Shown: piece after piece, positions 10,481-20,039 of the stretch
How the letters are laid out: each line of letters opens with the position of its first letter
How positions within the stretch are numbered: the first letter of the stretch is position 1
Origin: a virus
Taxonomy: Duplodnaviria > Caudoviricetes
Virus record (IMG/VR): IMGVR_UViG_3300007516_001784
Span: 27,429 to 91,428 of that record
Length of the DNA stretch: 64,000 nucleotides
Reading direction: 5' to 3' (one strand)
The notes under the pieces: generated by a model
The model's database searches: none
The model's input: only the letters and a program-made list of their open reading frames with translations
What the model was told of the DNA's origin: nothing
Translations under genes and position numbers: made by a program

Positions 10481-11100
10481 TTCGCGTCTTCTCTTGGGAC
10501 GTAGCAGAGATTGCGAGCCCAGTAGGTCATCGCACAGTTCCTGGTGGTTCATTCGCTTTCAAGCACATGGTCTCGTCTGGCTGTATGACGGCAGATCCAT
10601 TGAATCCTGCAACGACATCTGGAGTGCTACTTTTCGAGGGCACAAAGTTTGACCTTACGAATTTGCCGCTTCCACCGCATTTGGCTTCTAAGCCAGCTTG
10701 CTTAACGTTTAATCTTGCGAATAGTGGCGTTGCTGTATCCGACCTGAGTTTGTTCTTGATTGACGACTCTGCTTTAAGGGCTGGCGTTTGGAGCGGTGCT
10801 GGATCGGGCATTGTTCAGATAATGCAAGGTGGATCAAGCTGGCTATACAATTTGTCTATGCCGTCAGGCTCAAGTCCAGTCTTGACCACAAGCATTCCAA
10901 GCATTCCAAATGTACGTCGTCAAGACGGTACAGCGGCACTCGCTGCACAGGACGATCTCAATTCGTCTGAGTTTGTATACCTAAACCTCATATTGCCGAT
11001 TGGCTTTCCACTTGGTAGCTTTGGAGTATGTGGATCTGGCTTATTGAGATTCGGGTTAGTGTTTAATTATTGGGCCAATGACTATCTTCTATCTTTTTAG
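10459..11100 (+). CDS. Virion structural protein (paralog of 9728..10288)
   Basis: Shared C-terminal pattern; ~7 SG dipeptides in 213 aa. Confidence 0.6.
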   Translation: MSTISPLIRVFSWDVAEIASPVGHRTVPGGSFAFKHMVSSGCMTADPLNPATTSGVLLFEGTKFDLTNLPLPPHLASKPACLTFNLANSGVAVSDLSLFLIDDSALRAGVWSGAGSGIVQIMQGGSSWLYNLSMPSGSSPVLTTSIPSIPNVRRQDGTAALAAQDDLNSSEFVYLNLILPIGFPLGSFGVCGSGLLRFGLVFNYWANDYLLSF

Positions 11101-11106
11101 TGTATT
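11097..11106 (+). promoter_or_regulatory. TTAGTGTATT motif, putative late promoter
   Basis: Recurrent motif at gene boundaries upstream of virion-module genes. Confidence 0.55.
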
Positions 11107-11165
11107 CCATAGTGGGTCAAGAGCCCACTAGTCAAACGTTTGATTTCTTCGAAGGAGGCCATAAC

Positions 11166-11351
11166 ATGGCAACTGTTAATTTTACAAGTAGCACGAACAA
11201 CGCCAACGCTGTGTTGTGGAGCTTAGGAACGAAGCTGGAAAAGCATTCTGATCGTGATGGCGTTACGGTATCCCGTGGCGGTCTGATCAGTGCTATCAAC
11301 AACCTCGGTGTCGGCGTTACTGCGGCTAATCCTTTCACTATCCTTGGATGA
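11166..11351 (+). CDS. Small 61-aa protein with its own expression signals
   Basis: Strong RBS GAAGGAGG (11151-11158) before ATG 11166 (the track start at 11100 is unlikely); followed by a terminator. Confidence 0.75.
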   Translation: MATVNFTSSTNNANAVLWSLGTKLEKHSDRDGVTVSRGGLISAINNLGVGVTAANPFTILG

Positions 11352-11372
11352 GTGAAAATCGCTGACTGCTAA

Positions 11373-11406
11373 GGCAGAGCCCGCTTATGCGGGCTTTGTC
11401 GTTTTT
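11373..11406 (+). terminator. Rho-independent terminator
   Basis: GGCAGAGCCCGC-TTAT-GCGGGCTTTGTC, a 12-bp stem with G:U pairs, followed by GTTTTT. Confidence 0.8.
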
Positions 11407-11414
11407 AGTGTATT
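11405..11414 (+). promoter_or_regulatory. TTAGTGTATT motif, putative late promoter
   Basis: Directly after the terminator; would restart transcription of the 11468-21977 operon. Confidence 0.6.
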
Positions 11415-11467
11415 TCTGACATGAGGCATAGCGTTTCGCTTAGCCTTTGGTGCAAGGGGAACTGTAT

Positions 11468-11932
11468 ATGGTTGACGCTTCGTTTGAATACGAGGGCAAT
11501 TTTGGCTCTCTTAAAGTGGTTACCCACTTTGATACTACGCATGTCATTAGCTGTATCAAGCATGACGGCGAGCACTTTCGTTTAGGCGGCACAGCCGTAA
11601 ATGAAGTCGCGGTCCACGAAGGCGTCATCCTCAATATTCCTCTTTCCACTTTTCGAGCGTTTACATCTAACGGTCAAGCTTTTGATAGCCGTGGTGTTTT
11701 ATCTCCAGAAAATTGGAGCGACGCCGATCTGCACTGTTATGTGCATGAGTATTATCCACTCGATATGGAGGGCAAGGAGCCAGAGTGGTTTGTGGCTAGT
11801 CGTTTATTGCAGAACGCCCATCGCATTTTCGTGAATCTTGACGTACTTGATGGTGGTGGCAATTTGATTAAGAGATATAGAATGTCTCCATTTACTGGAG
11901 AGCATGTAGTATTGGAGTACGTCAATGGTTAA
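11468..11932 (+). CDS. Hypothetical protein
   Basis: ATG 11468 preceded by an AAGGGGA RBS; overlaps the next gene start. Confidence 0.6.
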   Translation: MVDASFEYEGNFGSLKVVTHFDTTHVISCIKHDGEHFRLGGTAVNEVAVHEGVILNIPLSTFRAFTSNGQAFDSRGVLSPENWSDADLHCYVHEYYPLDMEGKEPEWFVASRLLQNAHRIFVNLDVLDGGGNLIKRYRMSPFTGEHVVLEYVNG

Positions 11933-14900
11933 TTTTCTAGATGATGGATCATTGATTGGTTTGTGGCCGCTAAACGAACCTAGTGGTGCGGCAATCTTTT
12001 TGAATTACTCTCCAGCTAGATCACGTTGCCCAAGCGGTATTTCTTTTGATTTTCATGTTGCTCAAGCAGAAAATTCAAATAGTACGCAAGCTAAATCGTT
12101 GTGGCCAGGAACAACAAGCGTTTTTAATCCTGGCTCTGGTACTGTGTATAATGGGTATATGGTACAGGGATATTGGAAGCTTGGTGCTAACTCTGCACCA
12201 TTCAGTAAATATCTTGTTATGGGAAATGGCTGTTCTCAGACTCGTGCTCAGACACTTGCACCAAATATTAATCAAAGCGGCATTACCGTTGGCATTTGGA
12301 TTTACCCTAACAGTAACGGCTATTTGAATTATCTTGCAGACGCAAATACAGCGTCTTATAACGGACAAACCGAAGGGTTACGCTGTCATGCTTTGTATGC
12401 CCAGAAACAATTTGCATCAGTTGGTGGATGGCAAATCGGAGTTTCTGGTAATTTGCAGCAGGCTGCACAAAATGGTTCCGTACAAAACAATCAGCAGCTA
12501 GTAGCTTATGCTAGCATTGAGAGAACAACTGGTTCTCCAACTGTCATCAAGACGCCTATTGAGTCTGGTAGATATACGCACATTGCTTTTTCATATCGTT
12601 ATATTAATGGTACCGCTGATGAGGTTGTGCTATACAAAGATGGTCGTGTAGCGGCTAGCGGTACAAGCAATACTGGTGCTGGAGGTAGCAGCTCCACAAG
12701 TCTTGGCAATTCAACTCTTGTAACTCGTGCTCTTACTATTGGCGGTGGCGATAACGCCAATACTGGGACCAATAACTATGGTGGCACCACTGGTTGGAAT
12801 CATTTAGTCTCAGGAGCTTATTTATTCAGAAGAGTTCTTCATGAGGGCGAGGTATTGGATCTACATAGTGGATCAACTTTGCAACCATTACAAGACAATA
12901 TTGATAAGCCAATTAAGGTAGAACTTACTGATCCTCAATTACTTGCTCACTATCCATTTAGATCAGTTGGATGGCCCGATGTTACAAAAAATCATAGACC
13001 GTTGATTTCAGTAACAGACGAAGGACCAACTCTTGGTTACATTCCTGTTCCCGGTCCATTTAAGGGCGGTGGAATGCTGCATAATGGAACGAACTCATTT
13101 GAGCATTTTGTTGCTACTAGTGGTTTGATATATGAGATGTTGTCTGGTAGAAGCTGGAGTATTGGCATTTTTGCTGGTCCAGTTAATAGCAACAACAGAT
13201 CAAACAATATGATTGTGTCGATGGGCTCTGTATCTGCCGCTACTGTCACCGATCCTACTGTAATTAGTCAAGCGACGTTTGGTTTTGTATTGACACAAAA
13301 CACTAATGCTCCAGTTACAACACGTTTTGAAGCATATCCATTGGGAGATTTGACAGACGATATTTATAGAATTGATACAACATCAAGCGGCCTGTATAAT
13401 GGAGTTGTTCATCATCATGGTATTGCTTATGATGATTCGACTAAAGGTATTGCTGTTTATCTAGATGGTGTACTTCAAGGTAGTGGCATTCTTAAGCATT
13501 CGCTTACAGATCAACTGATTAGAGTTGCTGGTAGTGGATATCCATTAATGTTTGCAAATGGAGTTGCCAGTACCATTAGTAATCAAGCAAGTCATGGTAC
13601 GTTAGCTGCTGGTGGACAAGATACATTTCTTGGCCCTATTACTATTGTAGGTAGAGCGTTGTTGCCGCAAGAGTTTATGTATCTTGCACAAAGTGGTATT
13701 GATACGACTCCATTGTGGCGAACAATTCATGATACTCGACTGGTTGGTTATTGGCCTTGCTCCGATTATAAGATAGATGACATTATTGTTGAAGATAGGG
13801 CTAGAGTTTGGAATATCTTTCCTGGTAACTTGACTAGAGGAGAGACTGACGTTAGATGGAATATCTATGCGTCTAATCCCTTGATTAGTGAATTTGCTAC
13901 TCGTGGTACTATAGAGGCACTTTCAAGTTATGGTAATCTTGGTATTACATCAGGTGTATTTGGTGTACATGGATTGAGTCCTGGCACGGCTGTTGTTTCA
14001 AATGCTACATCTGCTAGATCATCTATTGGTAATCTCTGTCAAAGATATAAGCCGGTCAATGAGGAATGTGACACGACTCCGCAGAATGCAATTGGTGATT
14101 TTGTTTTGAGCTATGAAGTGACTCCAAGTGGTCGTATCCCTAATACACCATTTGGTTTAACTGCCAATGCTACTAAATTTGAAGCTAATTCAACGCTCAG
14201 TCTTTATGGTAATATGGGTGCCGGTACAACGGACGGAGAGTTGAGATCTTTCTTAACAACCGTTAATGAAGCACAGGGCTCCGGTGTATCTTTGGTATTT
14301 GCCTCTAGAGTAGGTACTTATGGAGCAAACACAAACTACGTGTCTTTGGTGTCTGGAGTGGTACCATTTGGTGTTCCAAGTAAGATTTTGTTTCATACGA
14401 AATTTGATTCTCCATATGACAATAGCGATACACTAGGATCAACTCCATTAACAGTCACGCTTTGGATTAATGGCGTCGTTGTGCAGCGTAGACGCATGAC
14501 TTCTGCAAGTGCAAGAGTGTGGGCTCCTGGTGGGACTGATAGTACCTCAGACAACTACCTCTTGCAATTTGGTGGAGAGGCTGGCAATGACACTTTTACA
14601 ACTCAAATTGCAAGAGATGGCGGATTGGGAGATATTTATATGCGAGAAATGTTCCTCATGAGAGGAACGTTTGATACAGGTGAAATTCAAGCACTTGCTG
14701 TTAGTGGTATTCAGGTACCAACTATTACTGGATATACGCCGACACTTACCAAGACTCAAGTTGTTATTGGTGATAATAATCTTGAAGGATACTGGCGATT
14801 CAATGGAGATGTACAGTATTCTGGTATTCGAGATTTGAGTCTTAAGGGAAATGATTTAGATCCTCTTGGTCAAAAGAATAACATTAACGGCGTTTCTTCT

Positions 14901-16730
14901 GCCGCAACACGAACTCTTAAGTTTTTGTCTGGACCATTAGCTAATTCAGATCTTGGAGTTCAATGCAGTGGCATTACATATGCCGGTCAGAGTAATGGCT
15001 CGACTAATCTTGTACCGCCATTTGCCGTCTCGGGAGTTGCTTTTGATTCTCCTCAAAATGGATTTTCTGTTGGCTTTTTAATGTCAAAGAGAAATTCGCC
15101 AGCCGGTAATACGCAAGAAACTATGCTTTGTTATGGCACAGTAGGTGCTAATGGTGCTACGAATAGTATAGTAGACTTCAATAAAGGATGGACTATTTAT
15201 GCTGACGAAACCAACAACATCAAAATGTTGGTATCTGTTGGTGGTACATCCTACTTTAAAAACCTTTCCAATGCAGCACAATCAGGACAGATTGTATGTG
15301 GCTCATTTGACGGTGCGTCAATTTATTCTGATTTGACTCGTTTCAATAATTACGAATTTGGTAACTCTAAACCACCACGTATTGATTTTTGGAGTCATTA
15401 TTGTTGGACATATGATTCATCTAGCAAAGAGTTAGTCTGTTATGTGAACGGACAAGAGGTTGATAGAAAACCAACTCAATATGATGTTGATCCGCTTAAT
15501 GGCGGCCCTCCGTCTGGATTGAATCCGTTGATTCCTGTCAATCCTGCGGCACGCATGATTACGTTCTTCTCGCCTCAAATGTCTGCACCATGGGACTTTA
15601 GTGCTTCCAATCTTAATGATGAAAATACTATTTTGACAGATGTGTTCTACTTTTCTCGTACACTTTCTGAGCCTGAAGTTAGATACATTTCTCAAAATGG
15701 AATTGACGACTCTCAACGTATTACCGTCAGCGGCCTTATTGGTGGATACGTAGTAGGATCTGATGTTGGATCTGGCTTAATTGGCGGTTACCAACGTGGA
15801 CAAGACTCTGTGTCTGGTATTATTGGTGCGATGAGCTTTGGTGCTTTTGATGCATCCGGCATTATTGGTGGATATGTTTCTGGTGTGATGTTTGAAAGCA
15901 CTGTTTCTGGTGTTGTTGGTGGTTACATTCATGGATATGATTTTGGCTCTGGTATAATTGGTGGCTATATCATAGGTACTGGATCAGTTAGTGGAATTTT
16001 TGGTGGATTCGTACTTGGTGGATTGCGTGGTAGCATGCAATTCGATGGTGGCTTTACAGTACAGGCCATTGCCGCTCAAGATTTCGATTCACAACTTGTA
16101 ATTCGTCAGGCAACAAACGCTGACTTTGATGCTAAGATAGTCATCTTTCAGGTAGAGACGGGACCACTTGTTGATATCATTACGCCTAACGCTACAGTCA
16201 GTGGAGTGACGGCACCATTCAATCAGTACTTTGTTGGTGCTGCATCTGGTACACAAGGTAAGTCGATTGTACAAGCACGCTGGACATTTGGAGATTTAAC
16301 ACCCGCCGTTACAGTTCCGGAAAGTGGTGCCGGTTTCTATCCCAATCAGCATTACTATGCTAGTAGTGGTTTCTTTATTGCCAAGTTTGAGGCCATTGAT
16401 TCTAATGGTCTTCATGGCTCAGCTACACGCATCATCAATGCCACTTCTGGTATTAGTCCTGTTATTATTAGCGTGTCTGGTGTACCTCGTTCTGGAAATG
16501 CAGCTTTGATTGTAGACTTCACAACAACTGTCGATAATTTGCCACCTGGAGTTGCGATCAACGCCAGTTTGTTGAATTTTGATGATGGGCAGTCTACGAT
16601 TACATTTAACCCAACTCACGTTTATTCTGAACCGGGTACTTATAAGCCGATTTGGTGTGTACGTGATTCTCGTGGTGTGATTTGGTGTGATAGCTTGGAA
16701 GCCGGTAACGACTTCTTGAAAGAGATCTAG
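11925..16730 (+). CDS. Large virion protein: ~4 LamG/ConA-like domains, a Gly-rich repeat and C-terminal PKD-like domains
   Basis: Domain starts LIGLWPL/LLAHYPF/LVGYWP/LEGYWRF; internal HIAFSY..LYKDG and HYCWTYD..YVNG; ends RVL..EV/RTLSEPEV; PKD-like WTFGD and HVYSEPGTY. Confidence 0.75.
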   Translation: MVNFLDDGSLIGLWPLNEPSGAAIFLNYSPARSRCPSGISFDFHVAQAENSNSTQAKSLWPGTTSVFNPGSGTVYNGYMVQGYWKLGANSAPFSKYLVMGNGCSQTRAQTLAPNINQSGITVGIWIYPNSNGYLNYLADANTASYNGQTEGLRCHALYAQKQFASVGGWQIGVSGNLQQAAQNGSVQNNQQLVAYASIERTTGSPTVIKTPIESGRYTHIAFSYRYINGTADEVVLYKDGRVAASGTSNTGAGGSSSTSLGNSTLVTRALTIGGGDNANTGTNNYGGTTGWNHLVSGAYLFRRVLHEGEVLDLHSGSTLQPLQDNIDKPIKVELTDPQLLAHYPFRSVGWPDVTKNHRPLISVTDEGPTLGYIPVPGPFKGGGMLHNGTNSFEHFVATSGLIYEMLSGRSWSIGIFAGPVNSNNRSNNMIVSMGSVSAATVTDPTVISQATFGFVLTQNTNAPVTTRFEAYPLGDLTDDIYRIDTTSSGLYNGVVHHHGIAYDDSTKGIAVYLDGVLQGSGILKHSLTDQLIRVAGSGYPLMFANGVASTISNQASHGTLAAGGQDTFLGPITIVGRALLPQEFMYLAQSGIDTTPLWRTIHDTRLVGYWPCSDYKIDDIIVEDRARVWNIFPGNLTRGETDVRWNIYASNPLISEFATRGTIEALSSYGNLGITSGVFGVHGLSPGTAVVSNATSARSSIGNLCQRYKPVNEECDTTPQNAIGDFVLSYEVTPSGRIPNTPFGLTANATKFEANSTLSLYGNMGAGTTDGELRSFLTTVNEAQGSGVSLVFASRVGTYGANTNYVSLVSGVVPFGVPSKILFHTKFDSPYDNSDTLGSTPLTVTLWINGVVVQRRRMTSASARVWAPGGTDSTSDNYLLQFGGEAGNDTFTTQIARDGGLGDIYMREMFLMRGTFDTGEIQALAVSGIQVPTITGYTPTLTKTQVVIGDNNLEGYWRFNGDVQYSGIRDLSLKGNDLDPLGQKNNINGVSSAATRTLKFLSGPLANSDLGVQCSGITYAGQSNGSTNLVPPFAVSGVAFDSPQNGFSVGFLMSKRNSPAGNTQETMLCYGTVGANGATNSIVDFNKGWTIYADETNNIKMLVSVGGTSYFKNLSNAAQSGQIVCGSFDGASIYSDLTRFNNYEFGNSKPPRIDFWSHYCWTYDSSSKELVCYVNGQEVDRKPTQYDVDPLNGGPPSGLNPLIPVNPAARMITFFSPQMSAPWDFSASNLNDENTILTDVFYFSRTLSEPEVRYISQNGIDDSQRITVSGLIGGYVVGSDVGSGLIGGYQRGQDSVSGIIGAMSFGAFDASGIIGGYVSGVMFESTVSGVVGGYIHGYDFGSGIIGGYIIGTGSVSGIFGGFVLGGLRGSMQFDGGFTVQAIAAQDFDSQLVIRQATNADFDAKIVIFQVETGPLVDIITPNATVSGVTAPFNQYFVGAASGTQGKSIVQARWTFGDLTPAVTVPESGAGFYPNQHYYASSGFFIAKFEAIDSNGLHGSATRIINATSGISPVIISVSGVPRSGNAALIVDFTTTVDNLPPGVAINASLLNFDDGQSTITFNPTHVYSEPGTYKPIWCVRDSRGVIWCDSLEAGNDFLKEI
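15726..16019 (+). repeat. Seven ~14-aa protein repeats xSG(I/L/V)(I/V/F)GG(Y/F)xxG
   Basis: VSGLIGGYVVGSDV/GSGLIGGYQRGQDS/VSGIIGAMSFGAFD/ASGIIGGYVSG.../VSGVVGGYIHGYDF/GSGIIGGYIIGTGS/VSGIFGGFVLG. Confidence 0.85.
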
Positions 16731-16732
16731 AC

Positions 16733-19700
16733 ATGAATATTCTAGTGTCAGATGGCATTGTAGTTAGCGGCGTGGGAGTGCCGCTGAATGGCATTGCGTT
16801 CCCTTCTGGTCAGTTTGGATTTGGTGTACCGGGTTCTCAACTCGCTGCCTTCTTGTTGTCAGCAAATGCTGCGTTTGGTTTCAATGTCACGCCTCATAAT
16901 TTACAAACAGAATGGGTACCAATTGGGCCTCCTGAAACTTTTCATGGAGCTAGTGGACAGTTACCTGAAATTGGCAAGCCAATAGAAGTGTTCATTGGTG
17001 ATTTCTATTTCCGTGGAAGTGTAGTTCATTCGGATTATACGACTGGCATGGGAGGAACTGTCGTCAACATCACTCTTGAAGACGATCGTCGTAATTTGCG
17101 TCGTGTCAAAATTCATACGGAAGATCTTGGACAAAGTGTTCCAAGTGGAGTGGTTTCCGTCGCGAGAGCATTCCGTATTTTGAATGGTCTTGAAGACATC
17201 AATGGTAATCCATCGGAACCGCTTGTAAAAGAATATGATCGTATTTTGCAATTTGGTGGCACGTACGACCAAATCTTGGCTGCAATCGACCTCACCTATA
17301 ACGAAGGCAATTCATCTGTTCCGGTCTCTATTCTTCCAACTGTAGAACAGATCGAGAAGAACGTTGGCGGTACAGTCAGAGCTATACGTTTTCAGTTCAA
17401 CCTTGATCCTTTAGATGATGTATTGTCACGTATTCTTTTAGATACTGGTTACGACTGGTACTGGAATATGGACGCTCAGCGTGTATCTCTCATCAACAAG
17501 AAGATTCAGTTTGATATCAGTGAAGCTGAAATTCTGAACTTGGTGTCGAAATTTGGTAGCCAGTCTGGCTTAAACGAAACTAAGCAACTTGGCTTTGGTC
17601 ATGACGTTGTGCCGGATCCTACACGTTTTCGTGTTCTTGGCGGTCACCAAGAAGGCTTCATTAATTCTGAATTACTTAGTCCGATTGACGGAATGGAAAC
17701 GTCCGCACTTGATGGGAATGTTGTGTTCTCAAAAGCTTGGGACAAGTTGAGCGTTGGCTTTTATGATGCCGATGGATACTTTCGTACGTACATGCCCACT
17801 GAGAAAGAGTTACAGCTTGCACTTGCTGGTATTGAGCAATGGACGTACTACAAAATCTATCAAACGCCTAGCGGTACGGCCAATCCACCGGGGTATGGCT
17901 TTCCGCCCGACAATGGTTCTATTGCCGCTCAAAATTCATCGTTCCAAAGTCGCTTAGATCCGAACATGCCGCTCGCCGGTATTGCTACTGGTGCAGCCGA
18001 ATCTGGTCTACGAGTGATCAGTAATCGTAGAGATCAAGAGCAAAACTGGGTTATTGCATTCTTCAATAGAATTCGTGACCACGCTTCGCGTCACTATGGT
18101 CGTTCGTATGTGGTTGAAGGACTACTATACAATCAAGCCTCTGGCTTGTTTCATCTTGTTGACGCTGCCTGGGCGAACGTTGAAAATCAAGTACAAGGCT
18201 ATTCGCTGTCTGCTTCTGGCACCGTGACTACGAGTGGCGTATTCTTTGAAGATTACGAGATTAATCGCGATCTCGGGCCCGTGAGTCCATTCGTGACCGA
18301 AGACTTTAGAGTGCGTGCGTATTGCGTACTGCCACAAAGCACTGTGTACGGTCCACTTGGAGATGACAATCCAGCGAGCTTTGCCAATTGGACAGAAGAC
18401 GCACCGCCATTTAATCCAAGTGGTGATGGCAGACACTATATTCCCGTGACATTGCAAGACGTTGGAGATCGTGTAATAGATCCGCACAGCGAAGCAGATC
18501 TTTACGGTTTCGAGTCATATCCCAAGGGAACATTACTGTGTCAATTGCCGATTAATGCTGGTCCATCTGGCGGCATTGTCAATGACGGCATTATCTTTAA
18601 CTTGGCGACGATGTTGACTACTATCAACAAGTTGACTGGTTCTGGATTACTAGACATTATTAATCCATCTCAGGTATTGAATGTGTACGACGCACTTTCT
18701 GGCGTCGCAATTCCCGTACAGTCTCGTCTTCGTTATGGACAAACATATCCAAGTCAGTGGGTTTTGGGCGATCTTCATTATGAACGTCACGAAGATATAC
18801 AGCTAGATGATCAGTTTGTTCCGTGGGCATTCTCTCCCGAGGGCAATCAAACGTCGCTGGCTATTATGACAGATCGTGCTATTCGTCGCGTAGAAGGCAA
18901 GATTGTTCCCAAGTCTTCTTCTCGTTATGCTGACTTCCAGCAAGTTGGACTCCCGCTCTTGTCGTTTGATGCATTTGCGGAACAAAACATTGGTCCTTCT
19001 GGACTGTACGGCGAAATTTCGCACGGCGTCAGTGAACTCAATATCAGTTTTGGCATCGACGGCTTCGTTACACGTTACAAGATTCAGTCGTATTATCCTA
19101 AGTTTGGTCGCGAGGCCCCGCTTGGCGAGAGAGTTCGTGCCCAGCTCAATGGCATTCTGAATCCGATCGACTTTGCCGACTTGGCACTACTTGATCCCAA
19201 TCCAGATAGAGCCAGTAATCCCACGTTGCCGGGCGACGTATTTGCTCCGCCAATCTTCTTCGATGGAGAGCAGAACGCTGTTCGCGTGACTATTACAGAA
19301 GTCAACAACATTTTCTCTCTTTCAAGCATACCGGGAACGGCAGTCGATGAACGCTATCGTGGTATTGATCAACATCAATACACGAAGCCAACTACAGCAC
19401 TTGACTCATCCAATATTGATTTCCGCGAAGGTGCAATTTGTATTGATGGCTTCTTGAACATTGATGATCAGGCTGTTTATCATACAGATAATTTTGAGTT
19501 ACCCGATGGCAACATAATTTTGAGATACTTTACTCAGGGGCGTCCGTTTGCTAATGGCACAATTGTGCAAATTGAACGTGTCAACGCTGACAATACTGCT
19601 AACTATGATGTAACGATTGTTGGTGGCACGAATGACAGAGCGGTATTTGATCTACCCGTCTTAAATGGCTCTATTGTTGTTGGCCAGAAGACTACGCTTG

Positions 19701-20038
19701 CCGCTCAGGGTAATGCTAAAATTACTCCTGGCAATTCTGATGGTACTGTTTATCTGAATGGCACAGCATCAAGTGCCGCTGGTGTCGTGCCAGTTGAAAT
19801 TGTTATTATGGCCAATCAGGGTACTCCACTTGCTAAGGCTATTTGCCGTCAACTTGATTACAATGGTCAAGTCATTACGTCTGGCGTGTTGTATTCTGAG
19901 GTTGTTCCAATTCCCTTTCCTCAATTTGCTGCGTCTGGTGACAGAGGATTCTTGGCCGCTGCCGTTGTTCCAAGTGGTGCCACTGAAGTAACTGTTAACT
20001 TTATCGAAATCGTCAAACCAGCTTTCCATAGGTTCTAA
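16733..20038 (+). CDS. Putative baseplate hub/tail protein (1101 aa)
   Basis: N-terminal hub-like pattern (FYFRGSV...VNITLEDDR...LSRILLDTGYDWYW); tail module context; ~18 SG. Confidence 0.6.
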   Translation: MNILVSDGIVVSGVGVPLNGIAFPSGQFGFGVPGSQLAAFLLSANAAFGFNVTPHNLQTEWVPIGPPETFHGASGQLPEIGKPIEVFIGDFYFRGSVVHSDYTTGMGGTVVNITLEDDRRNLRRVKIHTEDLGQSVPSGVVSVARAFRILNGLEDINGNPSEPLVKEYDRILQFGGTYDQILAAIDLTYNEGNSSVPVSILPTVEQIEKNVGGTVRAIRFQFNLDPLDDVLSRILLDTGYDWYWNMDAQRVSLINKKIQFDISEAEILNLVSKFGSQSGLNETKQLGFGHDVVPDPTRFRVLGGHQEGFINSELLSPIDGMETSALDGNVVFSKAWDKLSVGFYDADGYFRTYMPTEKELQLALAGIEQWTYYKIYQTPSGTANPPGYGFPPDNGSIAAQNSSFQSRLDPNMPLAGIATGAAESGLRVISNRRDQEQNWVIAFFNRIRDHASRHYGRSYVVEGLLYNQASGLFHLVDAAWANVENQVQGYSLSASGTVTTSGVFFEDYEINRDLGPVSPFVTEDFRVRAYCVLPQSTVYGPLGDDNPASFANWTEDAPPFNPSGDGRHYIPVTLQDVGDRVIDPHSEADLYGFESYPKGTLLCQLPINAGPSGGIVNDGIIFNLATMLTTINKLTGSGLLDIINPSQVLNVYDALSGVAIPVQSRLRYGQTYPSQWVLGDLHYERHEDIQLDDQFVPWAFSPEGNQTSLAIMTDRAIRRVEGKIVPKSSSRYADFQQVGLPLLSFDAFAEQNIGPSGLYGEISHGVSELNISFGIDGFVTRYKIQSYYPKFGREAPLGERVRAQLNGILNPIDFADLALLDPNPDRASNPTLPGDVFAPPIFFDGEQNAVRVTITEVNNIFSLSSIPGTAVDERYRGIDQHQYTKPTTALDSSNIDFREGAICIDGFLNIDDQAVYHTDNFELPDGNIILRYFTQGRPFANGTIVQIERVNADNTANYDVTIVGGTNDRAVFDLPVLNGSIVVGQKTTLAAQGNAKITPGNSDGTVYLNGTASSAAGVVPVEIVIMANQGTPLAKAICRQLDYNGQVITSGVLYSEVVPIPFPQFAASGDRGFLAAAVVPSGATEVTVNFIEIVKPAFHRF

Positions 20039-20039
20039 T

